Counted from the stretch's first letter, positions 50,923-59,403 are shown. The stretch: 64,000 nucleotides of DNA from an uncultured virus (IMG/VR IMGVR_UViG_3300043438_000835) (IMGVR_UViG_3300043438_000835), one strand, 5' to 3'. Notes: generated from the letters alone by a model not told the origin. Translations and numbers: made by a program.

Positions 50923-50949
50923 AGAACCCGCTTCGGCGGGTTTCTTTTT
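50923..50949 (+). terminator. intrinsic terminator of tmRNA
   Basis: AACCCGC-TTCG-GCGGGTT followed by TCTTTTT. Confidence 0.85.
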
Positions 50950-50967
50950 GGCAAAAATTTCTTAAAA

Positions 50968-50985
50968 TTGTAATCATATTGTAAT
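50968..50985 (+). promoter_or_regulatory. Pho-box-like direct repeat upstream of pstS
   Basis: TTGTAAT-cata-TTGTAAT, 11-bp period. Confidence 0.65.
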
Positions 50986-51031
50986 CGTTTTGTGTTTAAA
51001 TATTAATATCACAAACACAAGGAGACTTACA

Positions 51032-52036
51032 GTGAAAAAATTATTTGCTATTCTATTTGCAGCCGTAGCAGTGTCAGCACAAGCCGCAGACATTACAGGT
51101 GCCGGAGCTACCTTCCCATTCCCAATCTATGCCAAGTGGGCTGAAGGCTACAAAAAAGCCACAGGTACAGGCATGAACTATCAAAGCATCGGAAGTTCGG
51201 GTGGCATTCGTCAAATCAATGCAAAGACCGTTGACTTTGGTGCAACAGATGCTCCGGTAAGCGGTGAGAACTTGGACAAGAACGGACAGGTTCAATTTCC
51301 TGCTATCATTGGCGGCACAGTTCCTGTGGTAAACTTAGACGGATTCAAACCCGGAGAACTACGCATCACTGGTCCAGTTATGGCTGAAGTGTTTATGGGC
51401 AACATCACCAAGTGGAATGACCCTAAACTGGCTGCATTAAATCCAGGCAAGAACCTACCTAACGAGAACATCACCATTGTTCATCGTGCTGATGGTTCAG
51501 GTACAACATTCAACTGGACCGATTACTTGGCCACAGTAAGCCCTGAGTGGCTACAACGTGTGGGTCGTGGCGCCGCAGTCAAGTGGCCAGCAGCCACTTC
51601 AGTAGGTGGCAAGGGCAATGAAGGTGTTGCTGCCAATGTGAACAGAATCAAAGGTTCAATTGGTTATGTAGAGTATGCTTATGTTAAGAAAAACAACATG
51701 ACATTCCTGCAACTACAAAACAAGAGTGGCAAGTATGTAAGCCCGGACGACTTGACATTTGCTGCCGCAGCAGATGGTGCTGATTGGTTCAGTGTTCCAG
51801 GTATGGGACTTAGCATCGTGGATCAAAAGAATCCCAATGCATGGCCAGTGAGTTCAGCAAGTTTTATCATCATGTACAAAACTCCTGCTAACAAAGCTAC
51901 TAGTGACGAAGTATTAAAGTTCTTTGATTGGGCATTCAAGAATGGTAAGAAAGATGCTGCCGACCTAGACTATGTGGCATTGCCTGACAGCTTGACAAAG
52001 CAGATCCGTGAACGTGTTTGGACACAGATCAAATAA
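51032..52036 (+). CDS. pstS: phosphate ABC transporter substrate-binding protein
   Basis: signal peptide; ITGAGATFP; YQSIGSSGG; DFGATD; HRADGSGTT; GTG start with AAGGAG RBS. Confidence 0.96.
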   Translation: MKKLFAILFAAVAVSAQAADITGAGATFPFPIYAKWAEGYKKATGTGMNYQSIGSSGGIRQINAKTVDFGATDAPVSGENLDKNGQVQFPAIIGGTVPVVNLDGFKPGELRITGPVMAEVFMGNITKWNDPKLAALNPGKNLPNENITIVHRADGSGTTFNWTDYLATVSPEWLQRVGRGAAVKWPAATSVGGKGNEGVAANVNRIKGSIGYVEYAYVKKNNMTFLQLQNKSGKYVSPDDLTFAAAADGADWFSVPGMGLSIVDQKNPNAWPVSSASFIIMYKTPANKATSDEVLKFFDWAFKNGKKDAADLDYVALPDSLTKQIRERVWTQIK

Positions 52037-52083
52037 GATACTCGCCGGCTGACGGCGTATAATGTGATAAGTAGTCAGCACTG

Positions 52084-52106
52084 GCACCTTCGGGTGCTTT
52101 TCTTTT
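52084..52106 (+). terminator. intrinsic terminator
   Basis: GCACC-TTCG-GGTGC-TTTTCTTTT. Confidence 0.85.
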
Positions 52107-52149
52107 GGTAAAATTTTCGGTTGCAATAAAACCAGTTTTGTTGTATAGT
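52104..52149 (+). promoter_or_regulatory. sigma70-type promoter with upstream box
   Basis: TTTGGTAAAA - 7 nt - TTGCAA - 17 nt - TATAGT. Confidence 0.75.
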
Positions 52150-52179
52150 AGTGCATAGACATACACATTAGGAGGTTCT

Positions 52180-52512
52180 ATGAATAATGCTGAACATACA
52201 CTTACACAATTGAAACTTTGGTGCATTGCCCAATCTAAAGATGAACAGATTTGGTTTAATAAAGATACTACATATCAATGGAACAGAGGCAAGGATACCG
52301 CAACTGGATTGATTAACGGTGTAGTACGAAAGTTAGCAGGTATTGACCCAGCTGGCAAACAAATTTGGGTAGTAGCCGGTTCGCTTAAAATTAATCCCAA
52401 TGGTACTGTAGCACGATTTACAGGTATCCCTAGCAAGGTTCAAAAGACATTTGAGTCACATGCATCAAATACTGCCAATCCTATCAACTTCCCTCAAACT
52501 GAGCTTGCATAA
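52180..52512 (+). CDS. hypothetical protein
   Basis: AGGAGG RBS. Confidence 0.7.
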   Translation: MNNAEHTLTQLKLWCIAQSKDEQIWFNKDTTYQWNRGKDTATGLINGVVRKLAGIDPAGKQIWVVAGSLKINPNGTVARFTGIPSKVQKTFESHASNTANPINFPQTELA

Positions 52513-52904
52513 TGTCAATGCATCTGCATCACCCTAGCCTTAGTCTTAACGGCAAGAAGAAGGGCAAAGTCAAATTCCGTAATGCTGAAGAAGCACGTAA
52601 GGCACGTGAGCTCGATGAGCAATGGAACACCCTCCAAAAGAAATGGGGAGTAGAGGCAGAGGACAAAAAGCGTAAACGAGCAATGAGTGCAGAGACATTG
52701 TCATATTCATTACCGACACCTGTTGGTAGGACAAATACTCATCACATCAAAAGTTTAAATTCCGGAGCAGGCGTTGCCGCACTGGCACCAGCTAAGGTCT
52801 ATACAGGCACTAAAATTAAAGGTATCGGTACTATGCATAAGAGCAATGCTGTGCCTATTTTTAGCGATGAGGAAGCTGTGGCCATTGCCAACATGCGTCG
52901 ATAA
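52512..52904 (+). CDS. basic hypothetical protein of a type common in T4-like phages
   Basis: C-terminal VYTG..IKGIGTMHKSNAVPIF. Confidence 0.7.
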   Translation: MSMHLHHPSLSLNGKKKGKVKFRNAEEARKARELDEQWNTLQKKWGVEAEDKKRKRAMSAETLSYSLPTPVGRTNTHHIKSLNSGAGVAALAPAKVYTGTKIKGIGTMHKSNAVPIFSDEEAVAIANMRR

Positions 52905-52913
52905 ATATCATCT

Positions 52914-54188
52914 ATGCCTGTAACATTAAATGAAAAACTAATAGCCTATCTTGCACTGTTTAGCGGTCTCGCTATCAGCCTAGTCGCCGAATTCTACAGT
53001 ATCATCGGCTTTACTGCAATCTTTGCCGCCGCCCAAATTCCCGTAATCATTATGGGCATTGTATTGGGCATTGGTAAGATTGCTGCTACTCTTTGGCTCA
53101 AACAAAATTGGAAAATTGCACACTGGTTAGTTAGAACATACCTGCTGACTGCCATTGCTGTTCTCATGGGCGTTACTTCGATGGGAATTTTTGGATTCCT
53201 CAGCCAGGCTCACAGTGACCAAAGTTTAGTGTCGGGTGACGTGCAGAGTAAGATTGCAGTCTACGATGAAAAGATAAAAACCGCAAAGGAAAATATAGAT
53301 GCAAACCGTAAGGCGCTTAAACAGATGGATGAGGCTGTGGACCAAGTCATGGCAAGAAGCAGTTCGGAAACGGGTGCCGACAAGGCAGTTGCTATACGCC
53401 GCGCACAACAAAAAGAGCGTGCCCGCCTTCAATCTGAGATCCAAGCCGAACAGAAAACTATTACCTCTATTAGCGAAGAACGTGCGCCAATTGCAGCCGA
53501 AGTACGCAAGGTTGAAGCAGAAGTTGGTCCGATAAAATATATTGCACAGTTTGTCTACGGTGAAACAGATCCTACAATTTTGGAAAAAGCAGTTACATGG
53601 GTAATTATTGTTCTTATTGTGGTATTTGATCCGTTGGCAGTTATCTTATTGTTAGCTAGTCAGATCAGTTTCCAGAATTTCCGTGACCGTAAAAAGGAAT
53701 TAGTGGAGGGTAACAGCCCCGGAGGGACCACCGAGGTCGTAGACCCAGAGCCGCCTACTGTTACAGAACAACAAGAGACTACGGAGGGTGACAGCCCAAC
53801 AGGTCCGATTGATGACGTAGTCTCCACGGCAACCACTGTCACATCTATTTTAGCACACCATCCTTATCTGTTAGAGCCGTTTGTACATTTCAAAGATCTA
53901 GCACCTATGGTGTATAAGCCCGAACTAGAAAGAATGAATGATCGCTCAGCAGTTGCGCCCGAAACAGAATTACAGGTTCTAGAAGAACCGCTATTTGTTC
54001 AAAACGAAGAACAGTCAAATAGTGGCCTATGGACTAAAACAGCTAAAGCTATTAGTCAGGAAGAATATACAGAAATTAGCAGACAGGAAGCAACACTTAA
54101 CGAGTGGTTGACAAAACTTAGAAACAAAGAAATTACAATGGCAGATATTCCAGAACATCTTTTATTAGATATCAGAGCGAGAAGATAA
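52914..54188 (+). CDS. membrane protein with coiled-coil region
   Basis: 3 N-terminal TM helices, coiled coil, EVGPIKYIA...VFDPLAV TM helix. Confidence 0.7.
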   Translation: MPVTLNEKLIAYLALFSGLAISLVAEFYSIIGFTAIFAAAQIPVIIMGIVLGIGKIAATLWLKQNWKIAHWLVRTYLLTAIAVLMGVTSMGIFGFLSQAHSDQSLVSGDVQSKIAVYDEKIKTAKENIDANRKALKQMDEAVDQVMARSSSETGADKAVAIRRAQQKERARLQSEIQAEQKTITSISEERAPIAAEVRKVEAEVGPIKYIAQFVYGETDPTILEKAVTWVIIVLIVVFDPLAVILLLASQISFQNFRDRKKELVEGNSPGGTTEVVDPEPPTVTEQQETTEGDSPTGPIDDVVSTATTVTSILAHHPYLLEPFVHFKDLAPMVYKPELERMNDRSAVAPETELQVLEEPLFVQNEEQSNSGLWTKTAKAISQEEYTEISRQEATLNEWLTKLRNKEITMADIPEHLLLDIRARR

Positions 54189-54589
54189 TGAACGGAAAAA
54201 TTACACTCATCACCCCTCCCGACATTTTTGAAAATGATTCGTATAGTGTACTGTTTATGCATCTAAGCGATTCCGATCAACAATTAGTTAGTAAATGGTT
54301 AGCTGAATCAGACATCGAAGAACATATTAATGTATACTTCTACGATCACGAAATAGATTTACCTTGGCTCTTTCATGCGTTGGCTAGATGCGATTACAAA
54401 TACATCGATCTCAACGAAGTTAATGATGTCACTCGATCACTCAGTGGATACATTGTAGGGAAAAAGAATACATTCTATAAAGTTGATGATGAAAGCCTGT
54501 CCGCAGTTTATCACTACATAAACCAAGATCGGATAACTAATATTGAAACATTTTTAGAAAAGGCATTCAATGAACAAAACAGAAAGTGA
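54188..54589 (+). CDS. hypothetical protein
   Basis: ITLITPPD start; coupled to neighbours. Confidence 0.65.
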   Translation: MNGKITLITPPDIFENDSYSVLFMHLSDSDQQLVSKWLAESDIEEHINVYFYDHEIDLPWLFHALARCDYKYIDLNEVNDVTRSLSGYIVGKKNTFYKVDDESLSAVYHYINQDRITNIETFLEKAFNEQNRK

Positions 54590-55799
54590 TCACTCTTGTG
54601 ACTTCTGCGGAAAGAGCAAAGAAGATGTCGAGAAACTGATCGTAGGTGAACATGCGGCTATTTGTAACGAGTGCGTAGACCTTTGTGTCGATATACTAAA
54701 AGACAAAAAAGAAAAAGTTGCTGAACCTTCTAAACTTCTAAATCCTGTTGCTATCAAAGACTATCTTGACGAGTACGTTATAGGACAGGATGATGCTAAA
54801 ATTAGCCTTAGTGTTGCAGTTAGTCAGCATTACAAACGCATCAATAATCCTAGTAAAGATATTGAGCTCGAGAAAACCAACGTGTTATTGTTAGGACCCA
54901 CGGGCTGCGGTAAGACCATGATGGCACGTAAAATTGCACAATATTTAGAATTACCTTTTGCCATATGTGATGCCACAGGTATTACAGAAGCAGGTTATGT
55001 CGGTGATGATGTTGAGAGCATTTTAACAAGATTAATCAACGAAGCAGATGGTGATCTTGATAAAGCGGCTCGTGGCATTGTCTACATTGACGAAATTGAT
55101 AAAATTTCCAAGAAGGGCGAAAATGTTAGTATTAGCCGAGATGTTAGTGGAGAAGGTGTACAACAGGCCTTGTTGAAAATGATCGAGGGATCGATTATGC
55201 GAGTGCCATCGACTGGTAAACGAAAACATCCCGGAAGTGATATGCAGGAAATTGACACTAGGGGTATATTGTTTATATGCGGTGGAGCATTTGTAGGCTT
55301 GGACAAAATCATTAAACAGCGTAAGGGTGCAAAGTCAGTCGGATTCCATGCAAATGTAGACAACATCGACGAAGACGCAAGTGTTCTACAAGACATCAGT
55401 ACAAAAGATCTTATCAAATACGGTCTTATTCCCGAGTTTGTAGGACGATTTGGGCTTATTACTAATGTAGACGAATTGTCAGAGGATCAACTAGTCAATA
55501 TCCTTACTGAAACTAAAAATAGCCCAGTTAAACAATATCAGTATATGTTTGAGTTAGATGGTATTAAATTAGAATTTGAAATTCAAGCTCTAAAAGAAAT
55601 TGCCCGTAAAGCCAAAGATCTCAAAACTAATGCTAGGGGACTTAAAAACATCATCGAAAAAACATTGCTGCCATATCAATTTGATGCAGTTGACTTAGTT
55701 GCTCGAGGTTTAACAGCTATTCGCATAAGTAAAGATACGATTGATGGCAAACCTGCCATAATGATTTTTGATAAAAAGAAAAATGAGCAAACAAAATAA
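54570..55799 (+). CDS. clpX: ATP-dependent Clp protease ATP-binding subunit ClpX
   Basis: CDFC...CNEC zinc-binding domain; GPTGCGKT; GYVG; IDEIDKI; RDVSGEGVQQALLK; RKHP; VGF. Confidence 0.95.
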   Translation: MNKTESDHSCDFCGKSKEDVEKLIVGEHAAICNECVDLCVDILKDKKEKVAEPSKLLNPVAIKDYLDEYVIGQDDAKISLSVAVSQHYKRINNPSKDIELEKTNVLLLGPTGCGKTMMARKIAQYLELPFAICDATGITEAGYVGDDVESILTRLINEADGDLDKAARGIVYIDEIDKISKKGENVSISRDVSGEGVQQALLKMIEGSIMRVPSTGKRKHPGSDMQEIDTRGILFICGGAFVGLDKIIKQRKGAKSVGFHANVDNIDEDASVLQDISTKDLIKYGLIPEFVGRFGLITNVDELSEDQLVNILTETKNSPVKQYQYMFELDGIKLEFEIQALKEIARKAKDLKTNARGLKNIIEKTLLPYQFDAVDLVARGLTAIRISKDTIDGKPAIMIFDKKKNEQTK

Positions 55800-56016
55800 A
55801 GCAGTCGGTAATAAAGTTATCGTTGGCGACTTGCCATTAAATGTGGCATTAAGAAAATTCAAACAAAAGGTAGAAGATAGTGGAGTACTAGAAACACTCC
55901 GATCTAAAATGTTTTACGAAAAACCAACTACCGAAAGAAAGCGAAAAAAAGGCGCAGCTAAATCTCGTTGGCAAAAGAAACTACGCGATAACGAACTACC
56001 TAAAAAAATGTATTGA
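55783..56016 (+). CDS. rpsU: ribosomal protein bS21
   Basis: ALRKFKQKV...G....LRSKMFYEKPTTERKRKKGAAKSRW. Confidence 0.88.
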   Translation: MSKQNKAVGNKVIVGDLPLNVALRKFKQKVEDSGVLETLRSKMFYEKPTTERKRKKGAAKSRWQKKLRDNELPKKMY

Positions 56017-56041
56017 CAAAGATCATTAAGTGTGTTATACT
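56013..56041 (+). promoter_or_regulatory. sigma70-type promoter; ATG follows after a 6-nt gap
   Basis: TTGACA - 17 nt - TATACT. Confidence 0.75.
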
Positions 56042-56047
56042 TACAGT

Positions 56048-56578
56048 ATGGCAAAACACTTAATGATTGATATGGAGACTATGGCTGTCTCCCCAAACGC
56101 AGTTGTCCTTAGTTTAGGCGCTGTACACTTTAATCCCTGGGGCAACGGATATGGAGAGAAGATTTATTTCCGTGTTGACCTCGACGACCAAGATAAATTG
56201 GGTAGAGAAATTGACCCAAACACACTAGATTGGTGGAGTAAACAAGATCCGGTTATTATGGAAGAAGCCTTTAGTCCAGACAATCGAATTCCACTTGCGG
56301 ATGCAATGGACCAGTTTCACAAGTTTGCTTGGGGATGTGATGCATTTTGGTCACACGGTGCTACCTTTGACTTAGTAATTATCGAAAACATCTATCGCCA
56401 ACTTGGTAAGCCGTTGCCGTGGAATTATTGGCAGTTACGCGACACTCGCACTCTGTTTGATCTAGGATTTGATCCGGACATGCCCAAAGGTGGGAAACAC
56501 GATGCTCTGCAAGATGCTATCCGACAAGCAGTAGGTGTCCAAAATATCTACAGTAAAATGAAGATCCGTCCTAGATAA
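56048..56578 (+). CDS. DEDDh 3'-5' exonuclease (DexA/Rv2179c-like)
   Basis: HLMIDMET...WSHGATFD...RDTRT...HDALQDA. Confidence 0.85.
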   Translation: MAKHLMIDMETMAVSPNAVVLSLGAVHFNPWGNGYGEKIYFRVDLDDQDKLGREIDPNTLDWWSKQDPVIMEEAFSPDNRIPLADAMDQFHKFAWGCDAFWSHGATFDLVIIENIYRQLGKPLPWNYWQLRDTRTLFDLGFDPDMPKGGKHDALQDAIRQAVGVQNIYSKMKIRPR

Positions 56579-56624
56579 TTTGGATAAACCAGTTCTTGAC
56601 AGGACTGGTTTTTTCTTGTATAAT
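56579..56624 (+). promoter_or_regulatory. sigma70-type promoter with upstream box, overlapping a terminator-like hairpin
   Basis: TTTGGATAAA - 7 nt - TTGACA - 17 nt - TATAAT; AAACCAGTTCT/AGGACTGGTTT inverted repeat. Confidence 0.8.
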
Positions 56625-56651
56625 AAAGACTTACACACAAAAGGATTTGAT

Positions 56652-57872
56652 ATGGCTTTTAATCAACATGCTGACCCTAAAGATAATTTTGGGCAAGACT
56701 TAATTCAAATTTTTGGACCACGCACTGCTCGAAAACATATTTCTAAACTCACTCCTGCTGAGAAAGAGGCTATTTTAGATAAAGTACCGGAATATGTAGA
56801 AACAGACGACCTTGGCCCACGTCCTAGCTTTTATCAGGTTGCAAACAAGATTCTGTTAATACTAAAGAATACCAAGGCACTAAATGGTATTGACCTTAAC
56901 TGGTGTATGTCCTTGTCAAATGGGGGAATTTTCCGCGACCCTTCTCATTATATTCACACTGCCAAGGCATATAAAAACAATTCTGTTCAGCGCGGCATTC
57001 AGTTACGCCATCTATTGCAGGACATCCTCTTTGAATTTGAGCCTAGTCATGTATTAATGGGACTGGCTCGGCAGCTCAGTGACGGTACTTACAATCTTAA
57101 TAATGGTCAACATCGAACACTTGCATGTATTATTATTGGGGTACGTGAAGTTCCGGTAGAATGGAAAGTTAGTGATTTTGAAAGTGTAGACGTTGACCTG
57201 TATGCAACAGACAATCTGCATACATTGTCTGCTAGCCCTTTTGACGAGTTTCGAATTAAGGTTCGACGAAATCAAGTACGTAAGGCAGAAGGTCGAACTG
57301 ATTTAATTGCCGAAGATATCAAATGTGAACATGTGTTTGACATTCATGCTCGATACGGAAGTCGATTTGTAGAAAAAGGTAAAGGCACGGATAATGTGTT
57401 ACCAAAAGAATGTACAGGCGTGGGTAACATGCTAAAATACTACGATGTTTACGGAGCCGACATCTACGAACGTGCGGTGGGAATAGTATGTTCTATATTT
57501 GCCAAAGCACCGTTCTCTACTGCAAATGCGTGGGGAATTATGGAATACTTGCGTGAACAAGAAAACAACGGACCCATCTCTGATTCAATGGAGTTGGATT
57601 GGAACATTCAGGAAGCAATTACTTACAAGTACACAGATCCAGTTCGTAGTGGCATGCACTTAGATATTAAAAAAGTATTTCGTGAGTTTTTGGAAAATAA
57701 TGCTAAAGCCGGTAAGTTTCTAGACTGCTCCGAGCCAAGATATCTTGCGGCCGGTATTGGTAAATTGTGCAAAATTGTACATCCTACAATTAATTGGGCA
57801 CCAATTAATTACAATGGACAAGATGTTGAAGTTGCACTTGCAGGATTTAAAGCAATTCCTAAGAAGCCATGA
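56652..57872 (+). CDS. ParB/Srx-like (DGQHR-type) domain protein
   Basis: VQR...YNLNNGQHRTLA motif; AAGGA RBS before ATG 56652. Confidence 0.6.
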   Translation: MAFNQHADPKDNFGQDLIQIFGPRTARKHISKLTPAEKEAILDKVPEYVETDDLGPRPSFYQVANKILLILKNTKALNGIDLNWCMSLSNGGIFRDPSHYIHTAKAYKNNSVQRGIQLRHLLQDILFEFEPSHVLMGLARQLSDGTYNLNNGQHRTLACIIIGVREVPVEWKVSDFESVDVDLYATDNLHTLSASPFDEFRIKVRRNQVRKAEGRTDLIAEDIKCEHVFDIHARYGSRFVEKGKGTDNVLPKECTGVGNMLKYYDVYGADIYERAVGIVCSIFAKAPFSTANAWGIMEYLREQENNGPISDSMELDWNIQEAITYKYTDPVRSGMHLDIKKVFREFLENNAKAGKFLDCSEPRYLAAGIGKLCKIVHPTINWAPINYNGQDVEVALAGFKAIPKKP

Positions 57873-58408
57873 ACCACATTGATATCAACAAGGCTATAAC
57901 TAATAGATCCCTCTTTACTGGGCGTGAAGAAGGTACCTATTTTACAGGCGAGCTTTATGACTATGTATGTGATAACCATGACGACCCGTTTATTCTTTTT
58001 AAACTAGCAGTCTACGGTTATTACGCAAAAGAATATAAATGGACTAGAGAGCAAGCAGATCAATTTATTGAAGATCATAAAGAGAATTCAATAAAATGGA
58101 CTGACGGAGTAAATGAATATTATTACGATTGGGGCAAGGGCAAAAATTTGATTACCTCAGATTATCTGCATGTTCCTAATCTAGACCATATTGTTCCAAA
58201 AAGTCTCGGCGGCAAGGATGTTCCAGGAAATCTACGTATCCGATGCAGGCGTCTGAATGAAAATAGAGGAAATACTAATTCGGATAAAGAACGCAGAGCC
58301 ACTATCATTGATCTTTATCAAGATATGTCGTCAGATGAGCAACAAAAGTTAATCATCTACCTAGAAAGTTTGGGTAAATTAAACATTGACAACTTGAACA
58401 ATAAATAA
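57869..58408 (+). CDS. HNH-type nuclease
   Basis: PNLDHIVPKSLGG...NLRI.CRRLNENRGN; ATGA overlap. Confidence 0.75.
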   Translation: MNHIDINKAITNRSLFTGREEGTYFTGELYDYVCDNHDDPFILFKLAVYGYYAKEYKWTREQADQFIEDHKENSIKWTDGVNEYYYDWGKGKNLITSDYLHVPNLDHIVPKSLGGKDVPGNLRIRCRRLNENRGNTNSDKERRATIIDLYQDMSSDEQQKLIIYLESLGKLNIDNLNNK

Positions 58409-58414
58409 TACACT
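58369..58414 (+). promoter_or_regulatory. sigma70-type promoter with upstream box
   Basis: TTTGGGTAAA - 7 nt - TTGACA - 17 nt - TACACT. Confidence 0.75.
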
Positions 58415-58432
58415 AAACACAAGGAGATAATC

Positions 58433-58507
58433 ATGGCACGTAGATCAGATAGGGCAACAAGTCCAATTAAAGTTGCAGTTCGCCGCCAACTTAGAAAGAA
58501 AAAATGA
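58433..58507 (+). CDS. 24-aa Arg/Lys-rich peptide (not in track)
   Basis: MARRSDRATSPIKVAVRRQLRKKK; AAGGAG RBS. Confidence 0.75.
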   Translation: MARRSDRATSPIKVAVRRQLRKKK

Positions 58508-58581
58508 TGGCTAAATTTAGAGCACATCATCCTCGATCAGTACGTGCTACTGCACGTCGAATTGTCAAAAAAAGGAAATAA
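58504..58581 (+). CDS. 25-aa Arg/Lys-rich peptide (not in track)
   Basis: MMAKFRAHHPRSVRATARRIVKKRK; ATGA overlap. Confidence 0.7.
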   Translation: MMAKFRAHHPRSVRATARRIVKKRK

Positions 58582-58584
58582 CTT

Positions 58585-58686
58585 ATGCCAAGCCCGCGCA
58601 AAGTCAGTCAAATCTTAAAAGGCAAAAAGCCCCCAAAGCCAAAGACTGTAAACGAAATGGCTCGTCGAGCCGCAAAAAAGCGTTAA
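58585..58686 (+). CDS. 33-aa Lys/Arg/Pro-rich peptide (not in track)
   Basis: MPSPRKVSQILKGKKPPKPKTVNEMARRAAKKR; AAGGA RBS. Confidence 0.7.
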   Translation: MPSPRKVSQILKGKKPPKPKTVNEMARRAAKKR

Positions 58687-58731
58687 TAAATTTTATGCTG
58701 TGAGAAACGGCATTTTACAAGGAGAAATTGT

Positions 58732-59013
58732 ATGAAAGAACATAATGTATTAATTCGTCACTACCGAGACGGCTCAATCGGTATTCACGCCCGCAAAAAC
58801 GTGGGCGAAAACAAAGTAGAAATTCACGAGTCTTGGGCACAAGCATCTCTAGATGTTATGAGCAAGACTTACCAAAAGATTCGAGCAGGAGAATTGGTAA
58901 GAGTTGAAACAGTTATCCAAAATCTAAGCAAATCTGATGCACAGGCCGCTAAACGATTTCTAATCATGTATTTCCAAAATCAGGGTATTTCTGTAGTTAA
59001 TCCAGAATCTTAA
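58732..59013 (+). CDS. hypothetical protein
   Basis: AAGGAG RBS. Confidence 0.65.
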   Translation: MKEHNVLIRHYRDGSIGIHARKNVGENKVEIHESWAQASLDVMSKTYQKIRAGELVRVETVIQNLSKSDAQAAKRFLIMYFQNQGISVVNPES

Positions 59014-59023
59014 TTTGGATAAA

Positions 59024-59069
59024 TTTGGCAACGCCTGGGTCTGACATTCCTGCCGCTGACCAAGATAAT
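59024..59069 (+). promoter_or_regulatory. weaker sigma70-type promoter with upstream box
   Basis: TTTGGCAACG - 7 nt - CTGACA - 17 nt - GATAAT; second box TTTGGATAAA at 59014. Confidence 0.55.
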
Positions 59070-59082
59070 CTAGGACGTTAAT

Positions 59083-59403
59083 ATGTTTGACTGGTTTAAA
59101 AATTTTAAAAACTCTAGAGACGAGAACCAAAATCACGGGTATACAAATATGGAAAATAAAATTAATCCAATCCCTCCTATTCCTAATATTCCAAAAAATC
59201 AATTTCGTGATCACTATAGAGTAGGTTACGACAATGAAACAGGATCAACTACTTTAACTCTACATACTGATGTAACCAGTATGACTTTAAGTCTAGGACC
59301 CCCTGATGTTCTTAGGCTCATTCGGATGCTAGGTGCAACACTAGACGATGAAGATATTATCGGACATATGCATGACGGAGATCTCGATGAGGATGACGAA
59401 TGA
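59083..59403 (+). CDS. hypothetical protein
   Basis: AGGAC RBS. Confidence 0.6.
   Translation: MFDWFKNFKNSRDENQNHGYTNMENKINPIPPIPNIPKNQFRDHYRVGYDNETGSTTLTLHTDVTSMTLSLGPPDVLRLIRMLGATLDDEDIIGHMHDGDLDEDDE

Noticed and set aside
50598..50954. 118-aa minus-strand ORF, and a possible tRNA at 50640-50670
   Set aside because: The ORF is a shadow of the tmRNA locus; the T arm and CCA lack an anticodon arm and pair with the downstream tmRNA 5' end
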